From Ramazzottius varieornatus (taxonomy: Eukaryota; Animalia; Tardigrada), in contig BDGG01000015.1 of the NCBI GenBank assembly GCA_001949185.1, forward strand, positions 1,231,621-1,295,620: a stretch of 64,000 nucleotides of DNA, read 5' to 3'. Position 1 is the first letter of the stretch, and every line of letters begins with the position of its first letter. The position numbers and the translations under genes are program-made. The notes beneath the pieces were generated by a model that saw only the letters and a list, made by a program, of their open reading frames with translations, made no database searches and was not told the origin of the DNA. This document shows, piece by piece, positions 11,101 through 23,100 of this stretch.

Positions 11101-14100
11101 ATGGCGGATACAGAGGAACAGACGGAGAGCAGCCAAGAGCAAGATGACGGAGCAGCGGAGATGGACGTAACGGACGTGCCCGTTACGGAGGCGGACGGCG
11201 CACTCCAAATTCCCACGGACCGTCCAGCAAAGGAGTTCTTCCACAGCGTCTTTGTCAACCATGAGATTACTCAGCTTAAAAGTCCCGCGGGACGCAGCAT
11301 TAAGAAGTATGTAGCAACGTGTCCCGTTTGCCATAGGACGGTCTCCTCCACCGACTCCTTCTATGGGTTCCGAGCTCATTATCAAAGCAAGCATCCTGAT
11401 AATGTGGTACGTTTAAGAGCCGACTTTCATGTCGGTTCACCTTCCTTAAATGTGCAAAATAGTCTTTTGGACGCGCAAAAGTGGCATGAAAGGCCTCTTA
11501 TAGTTCATATTGATGAGAGGGAAAGATAGGATGAGAATATTTCTTGGATCAAATGCAGGAGCCGGCGGAGCATGAAGGAAGTCCTGTCAAGAGGTTCCGC
11601 GACCCCGATGAGATGCCGTCGAGCGAGCCTGTCCCAATGGCCGTGCCCGACTACCCAGAGGTGTCGACTCTACCGTTCGAGGCCAGTGGCAAAGAGTTCT
11701 TCCAGCGCTTGTTCATCAAGCACACATGCGCCCGAGAAACGCGAAAGTCCGACAACCGCGCAGGTACTCGCTACAGCGCACAGTGTAAAGCATGCGGCAG
11801 AACCATGGGAGGCCTTGATGGCTTCTTCAAGTTCCGCGAACACTATCGACTTCGACACATGGTAGGTGACAGCATTCTGAGCCGCTTTAGTAGTAAACCA
11901 CTGGAAACTATTCATCATGCTTTTTTCTATAGGGCGACAAGGAGCACGTTGGCCAAGGGGCAGATGGGCAGGGTTCGGTGGTGCTGAAGTCTCCGAAGAA
12001 AGACCCCACTGAACGACCGGCTCGAGAATATTTTGACACGTTCTATGTGGACCAGTCTGCCGAGAAAGAAGCGGAAATTGGAAAGAGAAGCGCGGTGAAG
12101 TATACGGGGGACTGCAAGCTCTGTGGAAAAAGGATCGGCGGTACGGACTCCTTCTATGGATTTCGAGCACACATCAAGCATAAGCATAAGGACATTCAAG
12201 TGCAGGTATGCACTGCAGGTGTATGTTGCTGTCGTCTTTCTTCTGCTCTAGTGGCAGTATAAGCTTGAATATTTTTCTGTGTGCTTTGGTAGTCGTTTGA
12301 GGACCTGCAAGAGTTCATCAGCATGCCCAGCATGGCGGGTATGGAGATGCGGCTGGCCAATACGCCGACGATGGCAGAGGCTGCCGCCACCTCGGAAGAC
12401 GTGACAATGGTCAAGCCTATCCTCGGAGCCGATGAAACGATGCAGGTCAGTGCGAAGGCGGTTCACGACCAGCAGTACAGCAACCATAGAACGGTCCTGG
12501 CCGAGCAAACCAAGGCGGGTCAAAAAGAACGGAAAAAGTTCGTGGCCGACTGTAAGGCTTGTGGCAAGACCATCACCGGCAACAGCTCCTACTACAACTT
12601 CAGAGCCCACCTTTCCATTTGCGGCAAAGAAATGGTGGTATGAGCGCAATCACTTCATTCACTATGTTGCCCATGCCCTACTCTTATACTGTTTCATCTG
12701 GAACAGGACATGATCATCGTCTCGACCTCGGAGGTGGAGAAGAAGGGTCGCGGGCGCAATAGCAGCTCGCCCAACGGGCCTTCCACGTCGTCCAAGAGCG
12801 ATGATCGTGATCAGATGAAGCTGAATCGCAATGTAGCCTTGTGCGCGGCCGATGTCCTCATTCCGCTGGCCACCTTGACAAGTTCCTCCTTTGACAGACT
12901 GGTCAAAGATATCGACAGTCACCTGGCGGTAAGTTTCTCTCACAGTTGGTACCAAGAAGGCAGAAAGGTGTCTGATGGAGGGTGTTTCTGTTGTAGTGGC
13001 CAACTTGTCAAGCCTTGGCGTCCAAGCACCTTCCCGAGCTTCGCTCCTACATCCGCCAAGAGATTGTAGCCGAATTACGCGATGCACCATTGGTTGGCCT
13101 GACGGTGACCATCTGTCAACAGCGAGGCTTCATCTGCCTGATGGTCCACTATGTCAATAGTAAAGGAAAGCTGCGCAGTCCCTTCTTGTCCTACAGACGC
13201 ATTCTCTCTTCGTCCAACGCCAGCGTCCTCCTCAACAGCGTGGTTGGTGTCTTGAAAGAGTATAACTTGGTGGAACGAGTGGCTTACGTCGACCTGGTCG
13301 ACAACTTTGGCGTTAACGGAGCCATCGTTGAAGGGGAAGATGAGGATGGGCTGGACAGGGACGGCCTACGAAGACGGTGGAAGACCATGATGGACGAATT
13401 GAAAGAAGGTCTTTTGACCTACTTGAAGGTCTCCCCATGCCGAGTACAGGTAGCATGGTCATTTTTATCCATCTGCCCTAATCTGAACTGAATTGCATCT
13501 CCAGCTGTTTTAGATGAGGCAAGTTGTTCGCATCCTTGAAAGCCTTCTGGAGTCGGCAGTGAGAGGAAACGCGGCTCTGTCGGCCTTGCTGACAAAGATT
13601 GGTAACAGTGCAGCCATCATCAAAAAGGCGGCTTCCTTGTTCAAGGGCACATCGGCCTGGGGTGCCTTGTACCAGAAAGCTAAGATGGCCGCCGAGTACA
13701 TGCGAGAGTCGACGGCGGCGGCGCGAGGGAAAGCGGCCAGTAAGCTGACCGACGAAGAGCAGGAGATGTTGCTGGAGCTGTTGAAGGTAGCTGAAGCCTT
13801 TGACGAACTCTTCATCAAGCTCCGTCAACATGACTCTCCGACGGTCTGTGACTTGATACCCTTCGTCTATGGGATCCACAAGTGGTTGTCCGAGTTTAAG
13901 GAAGACACGGAGATCCTCCGGGATTTCACCGACTTGCTGGTTCAAGAGTTGGATGCCCGCTTCGAAGGGGTCGACGATGAGGAGCAGTACATCATGGCGG
14001 CCTTTCTGGACCCCAAGTACAAGTTGCTGTGGTGTCGAGGAAGCTCAGCCACGGATAAAGATGAGCAGGTCAAGTCCATTGTCCTCTCCAGGCTTCTCCA

Positions 14101-14643
14101 AGCCGAAGCTGAACCAAGGGAGGATACGGACAAGGAAGCCATTAAGGAACCACCCACCAAACGCTCAGCGCTACTCAACTTCCTTGGTTAGTCATAGACT
14201 TTACATTCTGTACTTCTATCGGTCTGCTCTTGTCTTTCTTTCAAAATGAGCAATAAGAGTTAGTTTTATATTAATTCAGTGAATTCTCTCTTGTTACAGG
14301 GGACTCTAGCACGAAGGGCGGACCAAGCGCCAAAAGAAAATTGCAAGCGGAGCTTTCGGCTGCCGAAGAGATTGAAGCGTATTTGGAAGACACAACAACA
14401 GACGAAGACCCGCTGACATACTGGGCCAAGAACGACGAGCGACTGCCCAAGCTGGCCACCTTGTCGCGAGCAGTGCTGTACATTCCCTCTGGAACAGCAA
14501 AGACGGCGCTGTTTCGAGAAACCCTCTTTGCTGACCGCCCTTTACATCTTTTCACAAATCAGTTAGAGTTGATGTTGTTTTGTCATCTTAACCCAGAGTT
14601 CTCCAGGGATTACTCCAGCAGTAAACGAAAGCTGCCCTATTAA
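11101..14643 (+). CDS. Domesticated hAT transposase-derived protein (ZBED-like): four BED-type zinc fingers, degenerate hAT core and C-terminal dimerisation domain; 8 exons
   Basis: Four C-x2-C...F-R-x-H repeats (CPVC, CKAC, CKLC, CKAC). hAT-like blocks: VGLTVT...FICLMVHYV, VDN, AAFLDPKYK and DPLTYWAKNDERLPKLATLSRAVLYIP. All seven GT-AG introns join in frame to the stop at 14641-14643. Confidence 0.85.
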
Positions 14644-16969
14644 TGGCTTGCGTCATGTGGCCTTCTGTGGTTATGGCGTCAAGCTGGACACTTGTCTGCG
14701 CTTTTATTTGTATTAACATGACACTTTAGAGAAGAAACATATATGAACTGAGGAGTGGACCAGATTTACGTTAGAATTCCCACAAGCCATTGTTTGACCG
14801 CATGATCCAATTTGGCTTCGGCTATTGATGATCAGCAATGCATTTATGCTGCTGACTTCACTTTCAGCTGGTACTTGGGTCTGACGACAGATTTGCCGTA
14901 GAATACGTTGTGTTATCCTCAGGCTGTGATGAGGTTTCAATGAATAGCTGAGCGATGGGAACGAAGAGGGAAGTGCGTAACAGTAGTGGGGATTCCATAA
15001 GGGCTGTTCCAACAAGCAGCGCCTTCATGGCCAGGTCCTGATGTCTATAGAGGGTGCTGTGGAGCTGCGACGGAAAGTTGGTGATCAGGTAACGACCAAC
15101 GAGGGCTCTTCAGCAATGTGACCGTTACTTTCTTTGTTAAGTACGGACGATGGCAAGCTATACTGCGTATCATCAGGTGGCTGTTACAAAATTTCATCGA
15201 TTCGCTTCCTAGTATCGTCCAGTATTTTCTCGTGCGACAAGTAACTGGGAGTAGGTACTTCCGCCACAGAGGAAATAGTTGATTGAACTGTCTTGACTTG
15301 ATGTGTCAGAGCAGAAGCCGCTAAGGGTCACTTTGACATCACAAGAAACGAAGGACTATTCGATCGATAGGGGAATGGCGATGTGTTCCGGCGTACTGAC
15401 GCTTGAAGGTGCGCGAGTATTCGACATGGCGCGACTTATGGCCACCATCGGTCTCAGCCGGAGGTTCCTTGCTTTCTTTACCCAATGGGTACAAGCTGGG
15501 ACGACGCCGAAGAGCTGGGGTAGGTATGATTCCTTCGTAGACGTCGACGCTTTCCGGTTTAGTTTGACCAAACGCCTCCCGGGATACGGTTACATCGGTA
15601 CGGCGTGGCAGCTGGTACAGACTGGAACATCGTACTGAGGTCCACTTCCCGCGCTACTCGGCCATTAAAACGTATCTTGGAAGATCGAGAGAGCAGACTG
15701 GTTTTGAAACAGATATGGCCGAGGTTCTCGCTGCTGGGTGCTGTGAAGAACACTATGGTTTCGAACGCGTTGCACCATATTTCGCGGCGCTCTCGGTGGT
15801 TCAGGTGAAACCCTTTGTAATTCGATTGGAGTCTCTCGTATAATACAGCAGAAACTGTTTGCCTTCGAAGGACATCTTGATCATGTGTGCCCAGTTGATA
15901 TGAATAGCTTTCTTAGCTCCTTGGAAAGCCATCATGCTGTAATGGTTTTAGCCGAGAAAGAACAGCTGCTAACGCAGTTCGTTTTCGGATGTGTGTGGGT
16001 CGATGCCGAAAGTATCGAGGGTCGCTGATTTTACACTGAAGGTAAGAAGTTTCTTGCACAGCTTAAATTCCAGTGATCGAGGGTCTTTCCTTTGCATTTC
16101 TACTAGGAATTTGTAAAACACATAAAACAAGAGAACATCTCCGAAACCAAAGAGCAGAGACTCGTTTTCCACGACTAGACTTGCGTGAAGTAAAGAAAAT
16201 TATCTACATGGTTGAAGCGGAAAAAAGTAATACTGTGTCTGGTATCACAGCCTCAATGAATCAGAGGAAACTGTCAAGTCAACTACGTATTAAGCAAGTG
16301 TCCCATTTTCGACTTTGTTAGGACAAGCAGAGATGCTCTCGTGCTTTCTTTGGGCCTTTTTGCACCAGCTTCTTTCAGCTGCATCTTGTTCAGCTTCCGC
16401 GGGCACGAAAGGGGAAACTGCATGATGGAACTGCGGCGGCACCAACAGAAAACACGGCCATCGTCATGATGAAGTAAGAGGCCAACACGGACATGAGAAG
16501 GTTCAATGTGCCGTACAAGTATAGTCGCCATAAATGTTGGAAAAGGAGAGGAAAAAATCAATAAGAGATCCGCCATTCACGCCACAAACTTTTCGAAAGA
16601 AAACTCCGGTGTGCCCTATCGACCGGCTTCCGCACGCGTTTTGTTCCACAACGGTCTCGCGCATTTACAGTTTAGCTTCGTTATAGGACATAATATGTGG
16701 TTACCGTTGCTTGGATGCCTTCCGAGGTGGCGAATGAGATTACTGCTATTCACCGGTGGGTCAGGGCACCCGGGGTCTGAAATCAGAAAGAACTTTTGTC
16801 CAGTCAACCGGACAAACACCGAAACAATGGAAGAGGTGAGAGCAGTGGTGATTTTCAACAAGGTATCAAAAACGATCGAGCTGGATGCAGTGTAGGAAAG
16901 GCATCCCTTCCGGGTTTTCCACTTATGTTTTATCTACGGTTTCCAGCTGAAAGCACGGTATTATAATCG

Positions 16970-18915
16970 CTAAACCCAGCTGGAAGCCGAAGATGAAGCC
17001 CTAACGGGCAACCCGGAAGCGACGTATTTCCCGCACCGCAAAATCAACCTATAATGTGGTATATACTCACTTGGGCACCTGACTAGTAAAGGTTTCATCT
17101 TCCCTGAGCCTCCGTCGAATTTAACCTTAGCCACGACCTGCATCTCCCCGTTCTTGCTTCTGCCGACCAATTTTTCCATCTTGGCCATTTCCCGTTCTGC
17201 AACCGTGCACTTTATGGTCTGATCCGGTTCCTGCTCTGTATAGTTTTCGCCTTTCTCATCCAGGTCTTCGAGGTCTTTGGCCGTCGCTCCTGAACTCATC
17301 TTCGCTTGCTCCAGCTCGGATCTTAATTCTTGATTCTACAACAAACCCAGTCCACCTTAACAACGCGTCCACCATCATCACAAATTTTTCTATTTTATCT
17401 TTTTGTTTTTTGTTTTGCTATCATTTATAAGCTATCAAATAATTATACTATTTTGTCACTTTGTTTCGTTCTGCTTAAAAGTAAGTATTTTAGAGACAAT
17501 ACTTCTTTTATGAGGCCTCCGAAGAGAGCACCGTAGGGTTTGGTGGGCAGCTCGTTATCGGCGGAAGTGGGCAGGTCCAGTTTACTTCTTCTCAGCTCGT
17601 CCATGCACTCCCCTAACCGTTTCACCACTTCGTCATCTGGATAGCCGAAGTCCAGCTCTAGTCGCTGCAAAAATCCGAAGATATCATCCATTGACTTCAG
17701 CTTCAAGACCGCTTCTACGATAATAATGCCATGATACGTANNNNNNNNNNNNNNNNNNNNNNNNNNNNNNNNNNNNNNNNNNNNNNNNNNCACATTTAGG
17801 CCAGGCACGTGTATTTGAGAAGGTATCCTTGATATGCGACAAGAGGCCACTTACTTTCGTGCATTCGGAAGACGTTAAAGGCCATGGCGATCAGGAGTCG
17901 TTCGCCTTCGTATAGGTAGACGTCCCACAGTCGCAGGCACAGGTGGAAGGGAACGCGGTCGAGGAAGCACTGGAAGAACCACTTGACGGAGTAGAGGTTG
18001 GTATGGACGTCGTGCTTGTCCATGTGCTTCTTCACCTTGGGCAGGTATTTCTTTAGTATGGCTTCATGCTGCGTCTGGAAGCGCATCAGTTTGGGGAAGC
18101 CGGGCAGGAAGAAGCCATGCATGGCGTACTTCTTGTTGCTCAACAGCGCCGACAAGGCCCAAAAAGCGTCCTACACAACAGGACAACGACGTCCGTAAAG
18201 TGTCCATCGTTCAGAGAACAACAAGGAACATGTCAAACCTCGGTTCTCATATACAGGAGCAGTAAGGCCGCTACTTCGGCCATGCCTTGGCAGTATCCCA
18301 CCTCCTGCAATTGGAAAACACGCGACAGATTGAAAATCGATATATCTATATGTATATATTGGTGTTAACGGGGAAGAGAACATAAATGGTTATCTTAAGC
18401 ACAGTATGTACCGGGTTGTAGACGGAGTAGGCGGCCAGCACATAAAAGAGGGCTTGTTGCTTGCTACCGTAACGTTCGCGAAACCATTCGTGTCGAACAA
18501 AGGTACGCTTGACATCCAGATCAATCTGCGCAATGTGCGGCGACTGCCGCCGAGCCAGCTCCTTCATAGCCTGAAAGACACACATATGCTGTACAGACTA
18601 ACCAAGCCAAGTTTTGCATAACTAGCGAAAACATTTCCATGTGGAATTCTGAACAGGCTAAGCTGTACCTCGTAGACTTTCGGATGATCTCCCTTTATTC
18701 GGTCAATCTGCAGCAGCCGTTTCCAAGCTTCGATGCGCAGTAAGTCAGGGACGCCCATGAGGATCCGTGACCATATTTCTTCTTCCCGAGCCTCCAATGT
18801 GTATCCCGACACCTACGACAAAGAAAAACCGTCCTGGAAGGTTCAACAGCATTTACTACACTGCACAAGCACTCACCTCGAAACTCAAATAACTGGTCGG
18901 TCGCTGATTAATCAT
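16970..18915 (-). CDS. Chimeric, rearranged paralog of the USP6NL/RN-tre TBC Rab-GAP (could be a pseudogene)
   Basis: Exons include 18915-18877 ([13 protein letters not shown]), 18812-18669, an exon from 18570 ([10 protein letters not shown]), EVGYCQGM, a core exon nearly identical to 50330-50645, an exon ending at 17503, and a terminal exon 17335-16970 joined in phase 0. One intron contains an N gap. Confidence 0.75.
17741..17790. other. Assembly gap (50 N)
   Basis: Run of n characters. Confidence 1.
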
Positions 18916-19751
18916 TAATTCGATCTAAACTCCAATCTAAGATGTAGGAGAAGCTGCTCAACCAACAATTCAGCTCATATCCCTGCATCCCTAAGATCAA
19001 GCACTCATCTAACGATAGAGGAAGGCGAAAGATTCCAATGAAGGTATAGTATTCGGGAATAGTTCTCGTACGGAAAGGCTCGAACAGAAACGCAAACAGC
19101 CCTAGTATACTTTACCGGCAGCCTGGCCGACCCGAACCAGCCGATTACGTCAAGTATCGTCACGATGTCAACACATTGTACCGAACGGCTCGCCACTTCC
19201 TGGCAATGCCTCGCAGACAACTGGCGTTCGCTATGAGTGAGCTCTTTACGCTGGAGCCCTCTTGTACAAATAAGGCTGTAGATGAGGGAATAATCGTCAA
19301 GACAGCAAGGATGACGGGAAGCCGCCTTGTACAAAAGGCACTTCTCTTACTTTGCGCAGTGATTCCAACCTATTCCGCAGCATGCAATAATCTGTAAACG
19401 GTATTCCGGAATACAAGAAGCTTTCCTCAGATCTCTGCTGTATTGGAATCAAACCTGGAAAGGCTGTAGATGAGGGAATAATCGTCGAGGCTTGGCTCCT
19501 ACGGGATTTAAACTATCCGGGAAGACATGAGTGCGGTACTGAGGACTCTTTACTTCTAAATCAAGCTCAGAAGATCCTTGGTTTGTTGAATGCCTTACTG
19601 GAGTTGATCGATTCAACGTGTCAGGATGGTGAGCGCTCTCTTGTTTCGTCAATATGTCATCCTCTCCATTGTGACGTCATTGGCTGACTCGGCTCGGGTA
19701 GGCTGCCGGTAATATATACTAAACCACGCAAACAAGGTTAATATAGAGATT

Positions 19752-19801
19752 NNNNNNNNNNNNNNNNNNNNNNNNNNNNNNNNNNNNNNNNNNNNNNNNN
19801 N
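19752..19801. other. Assembly gap (50 N)
   Basis: Run of n characters. Confidence 1.
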
Positions 19802-20123
19802 TCCGACGCGCACAGGGGCATCGTGACGTCCAAGTAAACGGCGTCCGACTCTTTTAACACAGCGCCTATGAGACGAACTTGTGTCCAAATCGTCACAAAT
19901 GTTCCTGTGCGTACCGAATTGTGATACGGTGGTGCGCTTTCGCTCGCAATCTCTATGAACCACTGATTCCACGTTCAACCTCACTTCCGGTGTAGTAGTT
20001 GATTCCAGATTCCAGATTCCAGAAGCTAGCTTTATTAGGTTTGATCAGTCTCCCCGTTCTTCGATGCCTATGGTCATTTGACTAACCACCTGCTCTCCAT
20101 CCAACATTACTGACAGATGCAGT

Positions 20124-23100
20124 ATGTCCACCGGCCAGCATTCCTTCGCAGTATGGAGATTCCTTGCACGGAACCAGCGGAAGCTGGCGTTGCTCGAGCT
20201 ATGCCCGACATGCGGTAAGTCTTGAGCCTTTGCTTTACCATATCCACTTGTGTATATGAATTTGCTGTACTTCTTGCAGAATCAAGATGTTTGACTACCG
20301 TGCCCGCTCGAACCACGCCTCAGCTGCTCTCTCTTCAGTTCGTCTCTCCCCAAACAGAGTACGGACGGTCGCTCGTCCTGGTACTCTTCCGGAGCAGTAG
20401 TAGCAATGGCAAAGAAGCAAAGGACTCGCTTGAGCAGGCCGAGGAGAAGGATCCGCCAACTTCCAAGCTCAAAGATACCAAAAGGCAGCGTCGAGTACCT
20501 ATCGACTACAGCCAAGAATACACGGACAATATCTTCATTCCGGCCGTCAGAGCCATGACTGACTACCTGCTGAAACCGTCGTAAGCTTTACCGCACTGCT
20601 TTTCCATAATTGATAAGCCTACATACAGTGTTCGTGCGTTGATTCGCAGGGAATTGGAAGGAGTTCGAAAAGCCACGAGAAGATCCCCCGTGACGGATTC
20701 ACCTCCTTTGACCGTTTACTTGAAGAAGGACGTTGAGCAAAGGTGCGTGGAGCGATAAAGGCTTTTCATAGGGCGTGACTCTTATTAATATCTATGTTTG
20801 TATCTTTTAGAGCGATTGAGGTGTGGGGTAGTCTGGATGCGCTTCAACGGGAGCGGAAGAAGCGTCGGGACGAGGAGCTGGAAAGAAACATCCAGGTCTC
20901 TAATGTCAAGCGCATTCTTCGCGAGCTGGCCAGAGGTGGTGATACCAACAAGGCCGATCGAGACGCTTATCACGTACGGTACTTTGTCGAAGGATGCAAA
21001 TCTCGTTATGAATGTTGCATGGACATTTTCTGTTTGTGTTGCAGAGTGAGATGATGCAGGGATCGAGAAGGGTCGTCTACTCGGCTATAGCTATGTAAGT
21101 TGCGCAGGTTTGCCACTTGGTAGGTGAGGGACACGCTAACGCACTACCTCCGTTGGAGTAGCGAGCTTTTCGCACATCTTGGTACCGAACACGTGGTAGA
21201 CCATAGGGGAGAAGGAATGTCCTCGACTGGCGTAGACTAGTGCCATGGCCGGTGGAAAGCCTCCCAACGCAACTTTTAGTCTAATACTGAAGATAAATCT
21301 TGCTATCTGGGGTTTCCTCCCGCAACGAAGGTTGAAACAGTTTAACGACCTACAGTTTCTTCGTAGAAACGCAGCCAACTTCTCCTTCAAGTTTTTCGCT
21401 TGGCTGTACACGGGATCGCACAGCATGTTTGCTGGTACGCAGAAGAGTTGTCACGTTTTCGGTCCCTCGTCTTTGATAGGAGCTGTGATGATTCTGTTTC
21501 TGGTCTGTAGAAACGATCCATTCGTTCGCCGACACCTGCAACCAGCTGATTCTGGCTATCGGTCTGATGGGTTCGGCCAAGAAACCTGATAAGATCCATC
21601 CATACGGCTATTCCAGTCTTCGGTATGTCTCATCGCTGGTCAGTGGACTGGGTATCTTCTTCTTCGGCTTCGGCCTGACCGTCTACCACGGCATGATGGG
21701 TCTCATCCACCCTACCCCCATGGCGCCGCTATACTGGGCCTTTTTCGTCCTGGGTGGATCGCTCCTCTCCGAAGGAGGTGGGTCGCCCTCAGCCTGTCTC
21801 GTAAGACAGTTGACGTTCTAGAGTCGAAGTTAACCAGCCGATATAACCGCCACTTTCTCCAGGTACACTGATGGTGGCTCTTGGTCAGATCAAGAAACAA
21901 GCCAGACGCCAGAATATATCGATATGGAACTATGGTAAGGTACCAACCTGTGATTAAGTCGTTGTAAGTCTTTATTTGAAGACAATAGACTTATCTCAAA
22001 AAGCGAGGAGGCTGCGACGCACAACAACAAACAAGCGTTACAGGGATTTCCCCGTGATTAAGTGACAAGGCTTATCCTTCGGTCTCTGGCTATTATTCGT
22101 GGTGGTTTCTGTGCAGTGATGCATGGACAGGACCCCAGCGTCAATGTCGTTCTTCTGGAAGATATCGCTGCCGTTTTGGGCGTGGCGATAGCCGGCACTT
22201 CGATGGCCTTAGCCTCCTACTACAACAACCCGCTGTACGACTGCATCGGTTCGCTGTGCATTGGCGGCGTTCTCGGAGCAGTTGCCTCTTTCATCATCTA
22301 CACAAATACCGTCGCCCTCGTTGGAAGGTTGTTCCCTGAACCCAGACTTTTTACGAGGCTATTAAATTCTTCTAGTGATGTTTTAAAAATTCATGTTTGG
22401 TCCTTTTGAAGGTCCATTCCGTTGGATTTGCAGCAGCAGATCACTCAAGTGCTGGAAAGTGACGTGCTCGTCCGGTAAGAAGATCAAGCCATTCTCCTGA
22501 CTGAATGGATGTCTTTATGTTCGTTCTTTGGGCCAACAGGTCAGTTTACGACGTGAAAGCCATCGATCTTGGTGGTATGAATATTCGTTACAAAGCCGAG
22601 ATCGACTTTGACGGACGTCAGTTGACGCGCTCTTATCTTGACAAGCAAGATCTGGAAAGCATGATGGAGGTACGAATACCGTGCAGACCCTAAAGGGTCG
22701 GCACTTGATATTGATGAGACATTTAGCATGCTTGGACGCCGGGTGGTTGTTGGTGTCATTTCACAGGAGGCACGGAATCTGAAGACCATCGAGGATTTGG
22801 AGAGCTTCATGAGCAAACACGGCGAGAACATTGTTGACTTGCTTGGCTCTGAAGTGGACAGGATCGAGGCCAATCTGAAGGTGAGCTACTCCGCCCCTTC
22901 TAACCATTCAAGGCTTTCTTCAAACTTCTTGCATGCATAACCAAATCTTGATCTTTCCAAAACTTGTTATAAAAACCTAAATTATCGATGGATTTTCCCC
23001 TTATCGGAAGAAAACAGTCTCCTAGTACGTACAAATAACGAAAGTTCATGTTTTCTCGTGGTCACCTGGTGCAGCGTCCATTGATTGATGTATCACATCA

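Noticed and set aside
14700-16900. Several 60-130 aa ORFs between the ZBED-like gene and the TBC duplicate
   Set aside because: No recognisable domain or consistent splice pattern. It may be a decayed element, but I cannot support a call.
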